From assembly GCA_013265495.1 (NCBI GenBank), contig MU058444.1, forward strand, positions 1,178,001 to 1,242,000: DNA of 64,000 nt. Direction: 5' to 3'. The translations under genes were made by a program, and so were the position numbers. How positions within the stretch are numbered: position 1 is the stretch's first letter; every line of letters starts with the position of its first letter. Of this stretch, positions 24,923 to 38,556 are shown piece by piece. Below the pieces are notes generated by a model. The model saw only the letters and a list, made by a program, of their open reading frames with translations. It did not search any database and was not told where the DNA came from. This DNA is from Vicugna vicugna. Its lineage: Eukaryota.

Positions 24923-26619
24923 AGATGCATGTTGGGCTTAGTTTGTTCGGTTATATCTCATTCTGCCGTGAAGTTATCAACATAATCAAACAAAATTAAG
25001 ACGAAGGGCTTCTCCTGTTGTAGTCGAGACAATGCATCACTGCAGTAGGTCCGTCCCTCAGAACGTATGAGAGGCAGAATCTACGCAAGACAGTGACCTC
25101 TTCTTAGGAAGATCACATGCAGTAGGTCTCCAGATGGTATACAACTAAGATGTCCAGTGCCAAGAGCCAAGAAAAAGTCATATAAAACATAGTTTGAAAA
25201 GAAAAACGCTTTGCTGAAGATCCTCTTGCAAGGTGCCAAACCCACACATATTTGGTCCTTGTGGTAAGGCAGCTGAATGCCACCAGGCTTACAAAAGCGT
25301 CCATATGACCTGCAACATATTTTAGGATTTTTTTTTTTAACTTTAACACTTCTAAGCACCAAAGATTCGATGCCACCCTTAGTTAAGAATGAAAAGAGAA
25401 CAGCAGATAGACATCTTTTGATCTGAGTCCAGTTCAAAAGCTAGTTCCCTCACTGGCTAGATAATATTTAGAGGGAAAAAAAAAGATCACTATGCAGGAA
25501 AATGCACCAAATAGCGATCATGACAAAAAAAGAAAGGAAGGAAGGAAGAAAACAAACCAGGTTGATGAGGCCAAATCTCCTATCTGGATGGGAATACAAG
25601 TGAGGCTTCTCACCCTCTGCAACAGAACAAGAACGGTGCCACCTGCACCTCTGCTCTCCAGAGACACAGCCCTGTGACAGGCAAGCCGTTTGCTCCAAGG
25701 GGTCTTGCTTGTCCATCCCTTTTCTGCTTCTTCTCACGGATCCTTGCAGGCTGCATCCCCCACGCTCCCCTATCAGCTGGACTCCTGCTGGCGGCTTCAG
25801 CCAACGGAAGGCTCTGACAGATGGACGAGCCAGAATCCGGCTGCTGCTTCCAGCAGAGCCCGCGTTTCCCCCGTCAGCCCAAAGCCTCCCGCCGACCATG
25901 GTTCCAGCTCCCTCCTGGGGACTCCGCATGCTGCGCTCCCGGAGCACTGGCCCCTTCCTCCACCCTGCTGGCCAAGGGGCTCCGTTTCTGTTTCCAGGAG
26001 CAGCCCCTTGCTGCCGCTCATCTCAGGAGTGTCTCCTTATAAGAGAGGCGCCCGGGGAGCACGGTATTAGGAGGCACTTGACTCTCTGCGTTGGGCAAGA
26101 CAAGTGGGAAAATGAGTGCCACCCAAATTCTGCACCCTGGGGGCCTGGTTTGCCCCACCCTGACCCACCTCTGGGATGCCTCACTGTCTGAACTGAGTTT
26201 TCTAAGTCTCCCATCGCCTGTGTAACCAAGTCCCTACATAACTGCTTCTATGTCGCCTGCTTTCCGGCTGGACCTTGACAAGTCCTAGGATCCCTTTAGT
26301 GCAGGTTCATTGTGAATCTGCTTCTCCTTAGTTTCTGTTAAAGGCGGATTGAGAGACCGTTAAAGAAGACACGTGAAGAACTATGCTGCCCATCCTCTTC
26401 TAACGCTTTGAGGTCTATCCTTACATCAGTTTAGTTCACCTGAAAGACATATACCCGGATCTCATTAGCTCGACTCCTGCAGAGAGAGCTTCCCTGAATC
26501 GCATTTGCAGGTCGTTTTCTTGCCATTTAATGATAGTCATTACAAATGTGAAAAAATATGTCTTTCCCCACATTTATTCTAAAAACACCTGCTAAAGATA
26601 TCATCCATTAATTTTACTA

Positions 26620-27180
26620 TATTGTATTCCGTATCAATCAAGGTGATTAGGTTGAATTATTTAAGGAAACCAAAAAAAGAGGGAACATTTATTGGTTCAC
26701 TTAAGCGGACTGTGGATGAGTTCAGTGGAGCGGATCTTGAGAAAAACTAGAGCAAGGACCCCAACACTGCTTTTCCTCCTTCCCCTCCTTTCATTTCCTT
26801 TTCCCCTCTCCTCCTGACCCCCCATCTCTGTCTCGTTCCCCTCCTCATCATTTCTGTCCTCCCTGCCTTTATTCTTTCATGTCTACTAAGACAAGAGTTA
26901 CAGGGTCTTGTACAAGGCAAGTGAGCACTTTTTCATGAGCTCCAGCCAGAAGAGTCTTGGGAGAGGAATCTCCACTGACCTTCCTTGAATCACATGTCCA
27001 TCCCTGGGCCAGTTACTGAAGCTAGCGCACTGGAACACACCCAGGACAGGAGAGGGGTGTGTGAGGAAATGCTGCAATTTCTAGGTCCTCAGAAGAACTG
27101 CATGGTTGGAGCAGAGAGAGGAGAGTTTCCTAGAGAAGGAGGACGATACTGTGAGCAGACCAAGTACTAAATACCCACTA
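26620..27180. mobile_element. Old MaLR LTR (MLT1J-like)
   Basis: tttattggttcac...tcacatgtccatccctgggccagttactg motifs. Confidence 0.5.
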
Positions 27181-27226
27181 GCTACCTTTTTTAGAAGTCA
27201 CTCAGTATATTTCATTTAAAGTCCAA

Positions 27227-27351
27227 GAATATACACACACACACACACACACACATATATATGCATGTATAACTGAATCACCATGCTCTACACCAGAGAC
27301 TAACAAAAAATTTTAAATCAACTATACCTCCATTAAAAAAAAAAGAAAAAA
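27227..27351 (+). mobile_element. Very short L1 3' tail insertion with (CA)n
   Basis: aactgaatca...aatcaactatacctccattaaaaaa, flanked by TSD aaagtccaa (27218-27226 and 27352-27360). Confidence 0.75.
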
Positions 27352-30300
27352 AAAGTCCAATACCATCAAAAGTGAATTAGTGTTAAGCTCTCATGTATCT
27401 CTTTAAGTCTTTGTTTTTAGGAGACTTAAAACATGATTGAATGCTTGGTAATGACAACTGCTCAGACTCTCACTGAACAGATACTGATTGAGTTTCTCCA
27501 ATTTTCTGGATGCCAGGTAAACAATAATGGAAAATAGCACAGGCAAAAACCTGTACTCCCGTGGAGCCAGCTGTGCGGTGGAGAAGAAACCACTTATGAT
27601 GGTCAAGCAACAAGAATCCAGGAAGGCAAGAGCAGAGATGCTAACTTAGGTCGTTCTATCAATGAACACTGTTCTGTTAAGGAGTCTTTGGGCTGAACCC
27701 TGCATGAAGCAGGGAAATGAATGATGAACTTGTCGGAAACAATAGCAAGGCAAAGTGAACAAGGTCAGAAGGGATGTGCTGGGCAGGGAGGTTGCTGGGG
27801 GTGTTCAGAGAGCAGGAGGAGACCACTGTGACTGGGGTGGAGAGAACCAGGGAGATCATGTGAAAAGCATCATCAGGGCCAGATGGTGTGGACCCATCTT
27901 TCACCAGGTCGGGATGGCCAGTGTGTCAGTTTCATGCCCCAGTCAGCATTTTCCCAATGAGAGGAACAGAAGAGAAAATACCTTTGTGCATTGCATTCTC
28001 TTCCTTATCACAAAACACCCCGCCGTGGGACAGGCCACGCTGTTTTGGATTCATAAACCACACCTAGGGAGCAGGGTCCGAGCCAAAGCTCATACGAAGC
28101 AATTCACAAATTAACTGACATCATTTTAATGCTTTCCTGTCAAATGAAATATGTTTACTTGGGCAAAAAGTCTCCTGTATTGACTACAAGAGATTTTAGT
28201 TCCCTGCCAGACAATACGACATGAATTTCATAAATGTCTATTAGTTGAATAAGCTCTAACTTTACAGGGAGGCCTCATCTTCTGTCCAAGTTACCGTGAA
28301 GCACATTCAGTTGTCAAAGAAAAGATCAATCAGGCAACGAGCCAATATTTACTCATTATTTACTCACAAGAGGCTTCGCATACCGATCCATGTAAGATGC
28401 AGTCTTTGGAAACACTTATGACCTAGCAGAAAAGACGTGACGTATATGTGAATATTTAAACTAAAAGGAAGACAAACTGAAATTAGTCTAATTCAGGTCA
28501 ATTAGAAAAAAAATTACAAGAGTTCAAGGGGGGAGGAAATTATTTCAGGCTGTGTTGATCAGAGCTGGTTTCATGGAGGAAATGATATCTGAACTTGGCC
28601 TTGAAGAGTAAGAAGATTCTACAGAGTGTGGGGGCCTGGGGGAGCAGTCCTTAAAAAAAAAACAAAAAAACTAAAAACAACAATGACAGTGACTAAACTT
28701 GTCAATAACAGTTTCCTAATGACTGACATTCAACATTGGCCCTGACATGATGCTGGAGCCCTCCTGCTGGGTAACACCAACTTAAGAAGTATCCCAAATA
28801 TTATTTATTCACTATTTATTAAAACATATTTATTAAGTGATTTCTATGGACAACTTATTATGGGGGACAAAAATAAGAAAAGTTTGTGGTGTTATAATTG
28901 ACTCTAAGTGTTTGATAGAACGGATTTTTAAGACAGCATTATGATGTATATGTGTCATATATATATAAGGGGCTATATATTATTTATATATTATTATAAA
29001 ATTTTAGCCTGTTACATTATTGAGTATGTTTGATAGCTACATATAAATATACGTAGAGATACACATATCTATATTTAGCTATATTTCAGGGCTATTGCAC
29101 AATAACAGTTTAATTTAGAATTCCCACTTTCGTTACAGCGAATGTCTACAGGACATCTGCAAATACTATCGCATTTCTTAATAGAAGTATGTCTGTTCTT
29201 GCTCAGTATTTCAGGCCAGTACCTAATCTTGTATCAATTACTCACATCATCTCGTATGTCCAGGAGGAATTTATATCAAAGTTTGTGAGCCATCCCACAT
29301 ACACGTGCATGCGTCCCTAAGATACAGCTGTATTAGAGACTGCACAGGGACGACCACTTCCAGGCATCACATCTCACTAAGGATGAGAGAAATCCAAAAC
29401 TTTACACAAAAAGAAGTATAGCATAGTATAAGCTATCTGTGCCAAAAAAAGGGCTAGCTATTTTATTTCGATCTATTTAAAACCAAAAACATTATTTTCA
29501 AGGTGGTATTTAGCTCTAAACTGAATCATTTGTGTTTACATAGAGTCATTTTCACTCTACCAGAGATGAATACCAGACAACTGAAATTCATAGAAAGCAC
29601 ATAAGTGTAATTTTACCCAAGTTTTCGTCCCTTTCACCAAACACATACTTACAAATACTATTCAAAACCAGACAAGATTGGGTGGAATCCTACGAAAGTG
29701 GCCTTTGGTTTTGCATTTAGTTCCTCATTAACTGGATATTTGACTTTAGAAAAGTCACTTCACTTCTCTGGGCCTCACTTTCCACATTGGAAAATGAGCT
29801 GTTGAAGTAATTCCCTTCGAAGTCTTACTTTTAGAGTCTATAAAAAAAATATTCTCAAAAAATAAAAAAGGGCCAGATCAGAGTTCATGGTTACTCTCTT
29901 AATTATAAAGGAAACGAGAGATGCTTAAAAGCTCCCTGTAAAGTTTTAACAAGATGGCATTCTAGGTGCTAATATTTACACCTGCCAAACACCATACTTT
30001 TACGGCACAGTTCTGCACGGGTTGGGGGGGGCAGGCAGTCTGTAAATGTTTGTTGATTCAATGAATATATTTTGTCCTTCTGAGGTATTCTTCTCCTGAT
30101 ACAATGTATGACAGTTAAGGATGTATGTATAACGTAGAGTAGCATGTTTATTGTGCTGTAAATCTTCACGCTTCTCCCTACAAAGAAAACCCTTCTAGTC
30201 AAAGTTCTGAATAGTTCATAAGTCATGGATTCCTAGAAATCTGAAGAAAACAGTGTATCCTTTTGCTAGAGAAAAAAAAAATTCATGAAAGAAAGAAACC

Positions 30301-32529
30301 ACACTGGAAATTGTCTATGTCAATCTGATCCATGGGCAGAGCACTTTTCTAGAAGAAATATATTGAATTCGCTTCATCGTCACACTTATTCACAGGCGGG
30401 AGAACTACCTATCTTTAGCTTTTGTGAGCTCTGTTGCCCGTTTAAACATTTTTGTTTCAGTTAGTCTTTTTTAACCCAGCAGCTTCTGAAATTTAGTAGG
30501 AAGATACATCAGCATTCCTTATTTATTGTTACAACATAGCAACATTTAAACATTTAGCTCCTCAAGTAAGGTAGGACATTTCTGAGACATGTAAAACAGA
30601 AAGAAGATGTAGTATCTTCTCATGAGAAACAACTTAATGTGCTTTATGAAGACTTTCATCTTTATGGTGCTGCTACAGAGTTTAGAACCAAAACCATTTA
30701 ACTCTATACCCTGAATATGAAAAAAAAAAATTTTTTTAAAGACAAGCTAATTTGTAGACTCTATTCTGTTCTGTTTTGTCAGCAAGCAATGCCAACATCC
30801 TAAAAATAATGACCCACTAAATGTTTTAGTCATCTAGCCATTCCTTAAAGCAGTAAAGATTTTTTTAATTTGCTTGAGAGTAAATGGATTTTTGGAAAAG
30901 AGATCAAAGAAGAAATGTGGAACTCATCCCCCAGCCTTCCAAAATCTCCAACTGTGAGTGACACATTTCAAAACAATGAAACGAGAAAGGCAAACCACAT
31001 TGTAGTTCCCCAAATAAACAACACTCTTATCTTCCAAATATGGCTGCTATCACAAAAGGTTTAGCTCGTGTTTTCATGCCCACTAATTAGTCATGGAGGG
31101 GGCAGGGTGCTGAAACCAAATATGGGAAGATTTTCTAATTCTGAAATACATTAAGGTTTGGGGAGAATATTTGGAACATGGTAAGAACAAGAACACAACA
31201 AATTGTTTCCTTCATGTTATTGTGACTAATACATTCACTTATTGAAAACTGCCTTGTTTTGGCGCGTATCCTATAAAGTAAATAGTTTATATATTTTAAA
31301 TGTAGGTACCCGTGATTGGATTATTTGGCATTAAATAAACTGAAGTCCTCCAGATAGTAAATAAGAAATTGGCCATTCTGGCTCCAAAATACACAACTGT
31401 GCAAAACTATTCTACAGCACATTAATCATTAAATGATATTTCTAATTCTGGCAAAGGAAGCTAAATAGTGGCTAAATTAAATAAGAATATCGCTTGGGCT
31501 GGCTGTTTACTTATGGGACAAAAGTTGGGATGATTCATTACCATCCATGTGAATGAAAATCAAGACAATTTTTCGACCCCATCAGATATGCTCTAAATGC
31601 ATATGATTCTGGAGCCTTCAGGGTATCCTTATGCAAACCTCTGTCAAAAGGAAAACTATATGAAAATAACTTACATATTTTAAAAGGTGTGGTAAGAAAG
31701 ACAGTTTTGCTTTTTCATGCTTGCTTTTCTAAAGCATGAGTTACTTCTTGTTTCAAATGCTGGAATCTGCTCTCTTGGAACTTGGCCTTTCTCAAAACCC
31801 CCACATTTGTTTGCTGCAACCCTCTACCAAATCACGTCGTGTCTTCCTGTGCTGACCATGTGTGCTCATCTGTGTTGCGCCTTTTGTCAACTGCACCACA
31901 TGATAGCTTCCTCCTCTCCGCCTGTGAACCATCCTCTCTCCTCCTCAAATCCGCCTTCAACCCCTGCCTCAAGTAACAATGACCATTTTAATTTTATCTA
32001 GAGCTTTAAGTTTCAAAATACAATCCATAATGTGGTGCCAACAAAATCTCGTAAAAAGCCTTTAAATTGATCCAAACTGGCAAGCAATTGATCAGCGAAA
32101 ATGCCAGCCACTGTGATCGGTGCTTGGATAAGCTGCCACAGAAGGGTCTCAGGCTTGTTTTGACCGCCTAAGATGGAACTGATGGCGCGCGCTGTCCGCG
32201 TGGTGGGCATGGCTGGGGTGGATCAGGTTTCTATACGTCGAGTCGCAGCTTGCACATGTCAGCCCACAGGCTTCTCCGGAGTGGTGCACTGCAGAATGGG
32301 TAGACATAACAACGTCTCCATCACAGTTAAAAACACTGGTTAGGAGCGAAATTGTACGTGGATGGTGCAAAGAATCTCTCCCTAACTAGAACAGTATGTG
32401 TGGTCAAAATTCACCAGTTATGCTAGGTTTGGGGTGTTGAGTCCATGCAATCTTTGCCTGAGGAGGAAAAGGATATGGGGGGGGGTGGCGAGTAGTCCTT
32501 ATAATGCGAAAACTTGCGTAGCTATTTTA

Positions 32530-32698
32530 ATCTTTTTTTTTAATTTTATTTTTCAGGATTTTTTGGGGGGGAGGAATTAGATTTATTTACTTATTTATTT
32601 TTATTTTTATTTTTTAACAGCTGTACTGGGGATTGAACCTAGGGTTTCATACATACTAAGTACAGGCTCTACCACTGAGCTATATACCCTCCTTCCCA
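32530..32698 (-). mobile_element. tRNA-Ala-derived SINE (Vic-1-like)
   Basis: Same SINE body. TSD gtagct(a/g)tttta at about 32518-32529 and 32700-32711. Confidence 0.88.
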
Positions 32699-34094
32699 AG
32701 TAGCTGTTTTAGAGCAAATAAAAAAGGGATGTTATCAGTCATAATTTATTTACGCATATGCCTTCGTTTCCTCACTCTAGAACTTTCCACTGAGGAGAAA
32801 ATTCCAGAACAGCTACGCTCGAATATACACACTTTCAACACGCTCCTGAAAGACAATGAAATATATTCTGGTACAAGTACTTCCAAACAGAACAACAGAA
32901 ACATTAAAAAGAAATTTTTTTTGGACTGAAACATTTGCGCAAAGGGAGACTTTCAAGTATCTCCAACAAAACAGTTACTTTTTCCCCCTAAATGTGGTAA
33001 CACCCAGGCACCTCTCCAGATGGAATCATCACTGAAAGAGAGTGAGTGTTGTCTTTTGTGTTGTTTCTGATGGAGCCGTTCATTTCCCTTCTCCATATAC
33101 CCCTGCTTTCCCAAGAGAACACGAGGATACTCAAAAGGTGAGCCTCACCTCCAGGGCGATACTCTAATGGATAGGATCATAAAAAAAATGAGAACACAAA
33201 ATGGGTGGAAATCAGGAACCACTCAAGCTTTAGACCAAAATGTCTTATTTTTATTTTTATTTTTATTTTTATTTTTATCTTAGCTTGTTTATTCCTCACT
33301 CTTTTATATACTTTAAAGCATAAATATTATATTGTAATAAGGTTTTCTGTACGATCACCTAGAATTAAGATTTGTGTCCAGAGATATATTTCTAGAGACA
33401 ATGACCACGAACACTATTAACATTAAATTCCATGAGAAAATAATTCTTTTAATTTGCTAACATGTGGTATTCACTGAAAACATAATCAAATCTATCTATT
33501 TCATTATATTCTCATGAAGATGAGTTACTGGTAACAACAACAACAAAAAATCTCACAAGATTATTCGAGAAAAAAATTAAACTCCTAGTTGCAGGAAGAA
33601 TTCAAACAAAAAAGGACCAAATGAAAGATGAAAAAGTCCAATTCTGCAACCATGATACGGACTAATGTGATTTTTTGTGATTTATTTATTTTTCTGTTGT
33701 CCAAACAGAAACAAATTATATGGTAATAGATGAGCCCAATTGTAAGGCGAATTCTTTTCTGACCATAAGGCAAATTCATTTGGATTAATAACCCAGTCAG
33801 CATTAACGGTAAAGTAAGTTTCCCTTGTGTGGATTCCATGAAACCAAATTCCTACCAGAGTGGGAGCTTTGACACTGAGAGTCCAGGCCCTCCCCTCCCC
33901 TCTCCTGCCTCCTAGTCTTCTGGAGACTTGGTCATCATCCCACTCCTTGAGTGCCTGCTTCAGATTCTGGATAGAATTTGTCCTGGAGACAGCTGTATCA
34001 TGAAGTCTTTGCTGAGAAAAACTTGACAAAGCAGGGTCCCCTATCTCGTTCTAATATATTTCTTCTTTAATTTTGCCTTTTACTCCTCTGCGGT

Positions 34095-36230
34095 TTTTTT
34101 TTCTTTTCCAGATTTTTTGAGATGTAATTGACATGTAACATTACATAAGTTTAAGGGTTACAATGTGTTGATATGGTACATTTCTACACTGTAAAGTGAA
34201 TACCACCATAGCATAGCTAATATCTCCATCTCATCATATAATTACCGTTGTGTTGAGAACATTTAAGATCTACTCAGTTAGCAACTTTCAAGTATATAAT
34301 ACAGTACTTTCAGTTATCATCACCATGATGGGTAATGATCCCCAGAACTTGCTGATCTTATAATTGGAACTCTGTACACTATGAACAGCTCCAAATTTTC
34401 TCTACCCTCCAGCACCTGGTAACCATCATTCTACTCTGTTTCTCTGAGTTTGTTTCTTTGGTTGGTTTCACAAGTAAGTAACATCACACAGTATTTGTAT
34501 TTCTCTGATTTATCTCACTTAGCATAATGCCCTCAAAGTTCAAGGTTCATCCAAGTTGTCACAAATGGCAGGGCTTTCTCATGGCTAAATAATATTCCAT
34601 TCACACACACACACGCACAGACATATACAAACACGTACACACGCATACCATCATCTGTTGATGGGCACTTAGGTTTTTCCTTATCTTGGCTACTGTGAAT
34701 AATGCTACAATAAACACAGGGTGCAGTTATCTCTTTGAGATAGTGATTTCATTTCTTTCAAATATACACCCAGAAGTAAGATTGCTAGATCATACTGTAG
34801 TTCCATTTTAAATTTCTTGAGGGACCTCCATACTGTTTTTCATGGTGGCTGCACAAATTTACAGTCCCACCAGTGCACAAGGGTTCCCTTTTCTCTGTAC
34901 CCTCTCTGACACTTGTTATATGCTGTCTTTTTGATGATAGCCATTCCAGTTCTTTGGAAAAGATTCTATTCAGTTCCTTGGCTCATTTTTTAAAAATTGA
35001 GCTGCTTTGTTTTTTACTATTCAGTTGCATGAGCTCTTTATATATTTTGGATACTAAATGCTTACCAGATATATGATTTACAAATATTTTCTCCCATCCC
35101 GTACTGTCTTTTCATCTTTACTTCTTTTGCTGTGCAAAAGCTCTCTTGTTTGATGTAGTCACACGTACTTACTTTTTCTTTTGTAGCTTATGCTTTTGGT
35201 GTCATGCCCAGGAAATTGCTGCCAGGATCAATGTCAAGGAGCTTTTCCCTTCTGTTTTCTTCTAGCAGTTTTATGGTTTCAGGTTTTGTGTTTAAGCGTT
35301 TAATCAATTTCAAGTTAACTTTTGTGAGTGGTGTAAACAGGAGTCTAATTTCATTCTTCAGCACGTGGTTCTCCAATTTTCCCAACACCATTTATTGAGG
35401 AGCCCATCCTTTCTTCACTGAGTAATCTTGGCTCCCTTATCAATGTTAGGTGACTGAATATGTGAGGGTATACTTCTGGGCTTTCAGTTCTGTTCCATTG
35501 GTCTATGTGTCTATTTTTATGACAGCATCACACTGTTTTGATTACTATAGCTCTACAGTACACTTTGAAGTCAGGAAGCATGAAGCCTCCACCTTCATTC
35601 TTTCTCAGGATTGCTTTGGCTATTGGGGTCTTCTGTGGTTCCATACACATTTTAGATTGTTTTTTGTGAAAAATACCATTGGAATCTTGATAGAGATTGT
35701 ATTGTATCTACAGATGGCTGTGGGAAGTCTGGACATTTCAACAATATTAATTCTCCCAGCCCATGAAAACAGGATCTTTCCACTTGTTTGTGTGTGTGTG
35801 TTTAATTTCTTTCATCAAAGTCACACAGTTTCCAGATCTTTCCCCTCTTTAGTTCAGTGTATTCCCAAGTGTTTCATTGTTTTTGATATTGTGAATGGGA
35901 TTGTTTCATTTTTTCAGATATTTTTTTGTTAGTGTTTAGAAATGCAACTGTGTTCTGTATCCTAGTTTTTTGTCAATTAGTTTTAGCAGGGTTTTTGGTG
36001 GAGTCTTTAGGATTTTCAATATAAAAGATCATATCATCTTGTCCTATTAAGATGCTTTTTATTCTTTTTCTTGCTGGATTACTATGGCTAAGACTTCTAG
36101 CACTAGACTGAATGGGAGTGGTGAGAGTGGACATCCTTGTCTTATTCCTATTCTATGAAGAAAAACTGTCAAACTTCATCACGAAGGATGATGTTGGAGA
36201 AAGTTAATCATGTATGGTCTTTATAGATTC
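34095..36230 (-). mobile_element. L1MA9-like element, 3'UTR + ORF2 3' region
   Basis: gagatgtaattgacatgtaacattacataagtttaag 3' terminus. ORF2 remnants include ETIKLLEENRREKLLDI (ORF 35188..35391). Confidence 0.8.
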
Positions 36231-37678
36231 CATTATCAAGTTTCATGAACAAGGCAATTGGGGTCACTGAAATTAACACAAACTTCAGAAATCAATACTT
36301 GGATCAATCAATACTTGCCATTTTAGGATTAAATTCTTTCATCTCTGAAAATGAGATATCTAGCTGTTTATTTATTGTATTTCTTTCAATACCACTGTTA
36401 ACTTGATATACACATTTTACATCAATATTTTAATACATATTTGGTTTCTTTCAGTACTTGTATTTTTGTTGCCAACTTTAATATTGTATTTTTTAAATTA
36501 TATCTTGGTTAGTTATTATTTCTGGGTAGGAACATTGCTATTTTTGAATATTTTTAACCTGAAAATTTGCTTGGTTCGCTGAGTCTATGATCTATTCTGC
36601 TTTGCTGTATGTCCCTTAAATCCACCCTTGCAGATCAGCCAGAAAGATTTTTCTCAAATACAGGTCTGAAGTACAAATATCACTTCTTGGCTTAAAATCC
36701 TTTGTGGCTCTCCACCACCAACTGGATAAGATTCCTACCATTACTGGTGAGGTCTTTTATGTTCTGACATCAGGAAACGTTGCAAAGCTTCATCTTTTAT
36801 CACCGTCTTACGTTATGTTCATGTTACCATCGTCCTTATGTTACCATTGTCTTGAACTTAGTATTTTGGCAACACAAAATTTCTTGTAGATTCCCCCAGT
36901 TTCTGACCTCCTTCAGCTAGGTCTTTTCTGCCTAGTGATTTGCCTCTACAGTTACTAGCTCTTTCTCCTTAGAAGAAATTGCTTCCCCCAAGAAACCATG
37001 TTTTTAGAATAAAATTATTGCTTCAACTCATCTTAAGAAGCTCTTACATACATACTAAAAAAAAAAAACACTTATTCTTTGGTTTCCCATGCCTGTAGTT
37101 CAACCTTATCACCTCCATATAATATGCAATATGTTTTCTCTATGGGAATATTTTCAGCCTTTTTTTGGCAAGCGTTTCAACCAAGATGCAGTTCAAGTTT
37201 CTTGTACAGACCTTGAGGATTAAGTGGCCATGCTACTGAACGGATATGACCTAATTCCTGCTCCACCTTACATCCAACACCAACTAGAGCTGAATTAAAG
37301 GGGACAACCAGAGCTTGCTTAAGGACAATCAGCCAACCTAAAAACAAACAGCCTCTGAATTGTATATCTTTTTCAAAGACTCTCCAAGAATTTACTAAGT
37401 ACAGGTATCCTGTTTTTGTATCCTGGAGTACTGTGGTATCAAGTGGTCATCTTCTTGTTTACAAGGAAATCAAGTAAAACAATTCCTCATCATTGATGTC
37501 AGGAAGAGTATTTCCATTGAAACTGTATGTTTCTAGCAATATGTAATCCATCTTTGAAGACAGACGTTGAACATTAAGCCTATACTATGGGCCAGACCCT
37601 GTGTAGAAGCTGTGACTAACCGCGACACTCACAGTTTCCCCTTAGCAGTAAATGGAGCTTCAGCATGTGAATAAGTGA

Positions 37679-38455
37679 TGAATAATGCTGCCATGAATGT
37701 GGGAGAGCAGACATCTATCTGACATCCTGTTTTCCTTTCCTTTGGGTATATACCCAGAAGTAGGATTGCTGAATCATATGGTGGCTCCATTTTCACTTTT
37801 TTGAAAAACCTCCATACTGTTTTCCATAGAGGCTGAACCGATTTACATTCCCACCCACAATGCACAAGGATTCCCTTTTCTCCACATCCTCAATGGATAA
37901 AGAAGATGTGGTATACATACACATGATGTACACAATGGTGTAGGTACACAATTATTCATCTGTGTAAAATAAGGAAATCTTGCCATTTGTGACAACATGG
38001 ATGGACCTTGAGGGCATTATGCCAAGTGAAATGAGTCAGAGAAAGACAAATACTGCACTGTACCACTTATATGTGGAAACTTTTTTTAAAAAAAATCAAA
38101 TTCATAGAAACAGAGTAAAAAAGTAGTCATCAGGGGTCAGGGTTGGGGGAAATAGGGAGAGGTTAGTAAAAGAGGTTAGTAAAAAATCTTTCAGCAGTAA
38201 GGTGAACAAGGTCTGAGGATCTAATGTAAAACCTGGTGACCATAATTGATGACATTGCATTATATAATTGAAATTTGCTAAGAATAGGACTTAGTTTCTC
38301 ATCAAAAAAAGGTAAATATGTGAGGTGATGGATGTGTTAATTAGATAGGGGAATCCTTTCACAATGCGTACATATGTTAAATTGCTATGATGTACCCTTT
38401 ACTATCTTACAATTATATTTCTCAACTATCCCTCAATAAGGCTAAAATTTTAAAA
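37679..38455 (+). mobile_element. 5'-inverted (twin-primed) L1, L1MA9-like 3' end
   Basis: 37679-37891 is ORF2 C-terminus in minus orientation (HCGWECKSVQPLWKTVW...AALF). From 37892 onward is the next ORF2 segment (WIKKMWYI) plus 3'UTR in + orientation. Confidence 0.85.
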
Positions 38456-38556
38456 GATGAGCAAAAGAGGTATTGTGTGGACAGCAATAGAACAGAGCAT
38501 ATACCAAATGGTACAAGAACATGGACCAGAAACACCCATTCAGGAAGTGTTTCTAA

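Noticed and set aside
25468..26229. Cluster of overlapping 60-160 aa ORFs on both strands
   Set aside because: This is a GC-rich patch with few stop codons. There is no recognisable domain and no convincing exon structure.
35450..35932. 160-aa + strand ORF
   Set aside because: Antisense reading of decayed L1 ORF2.
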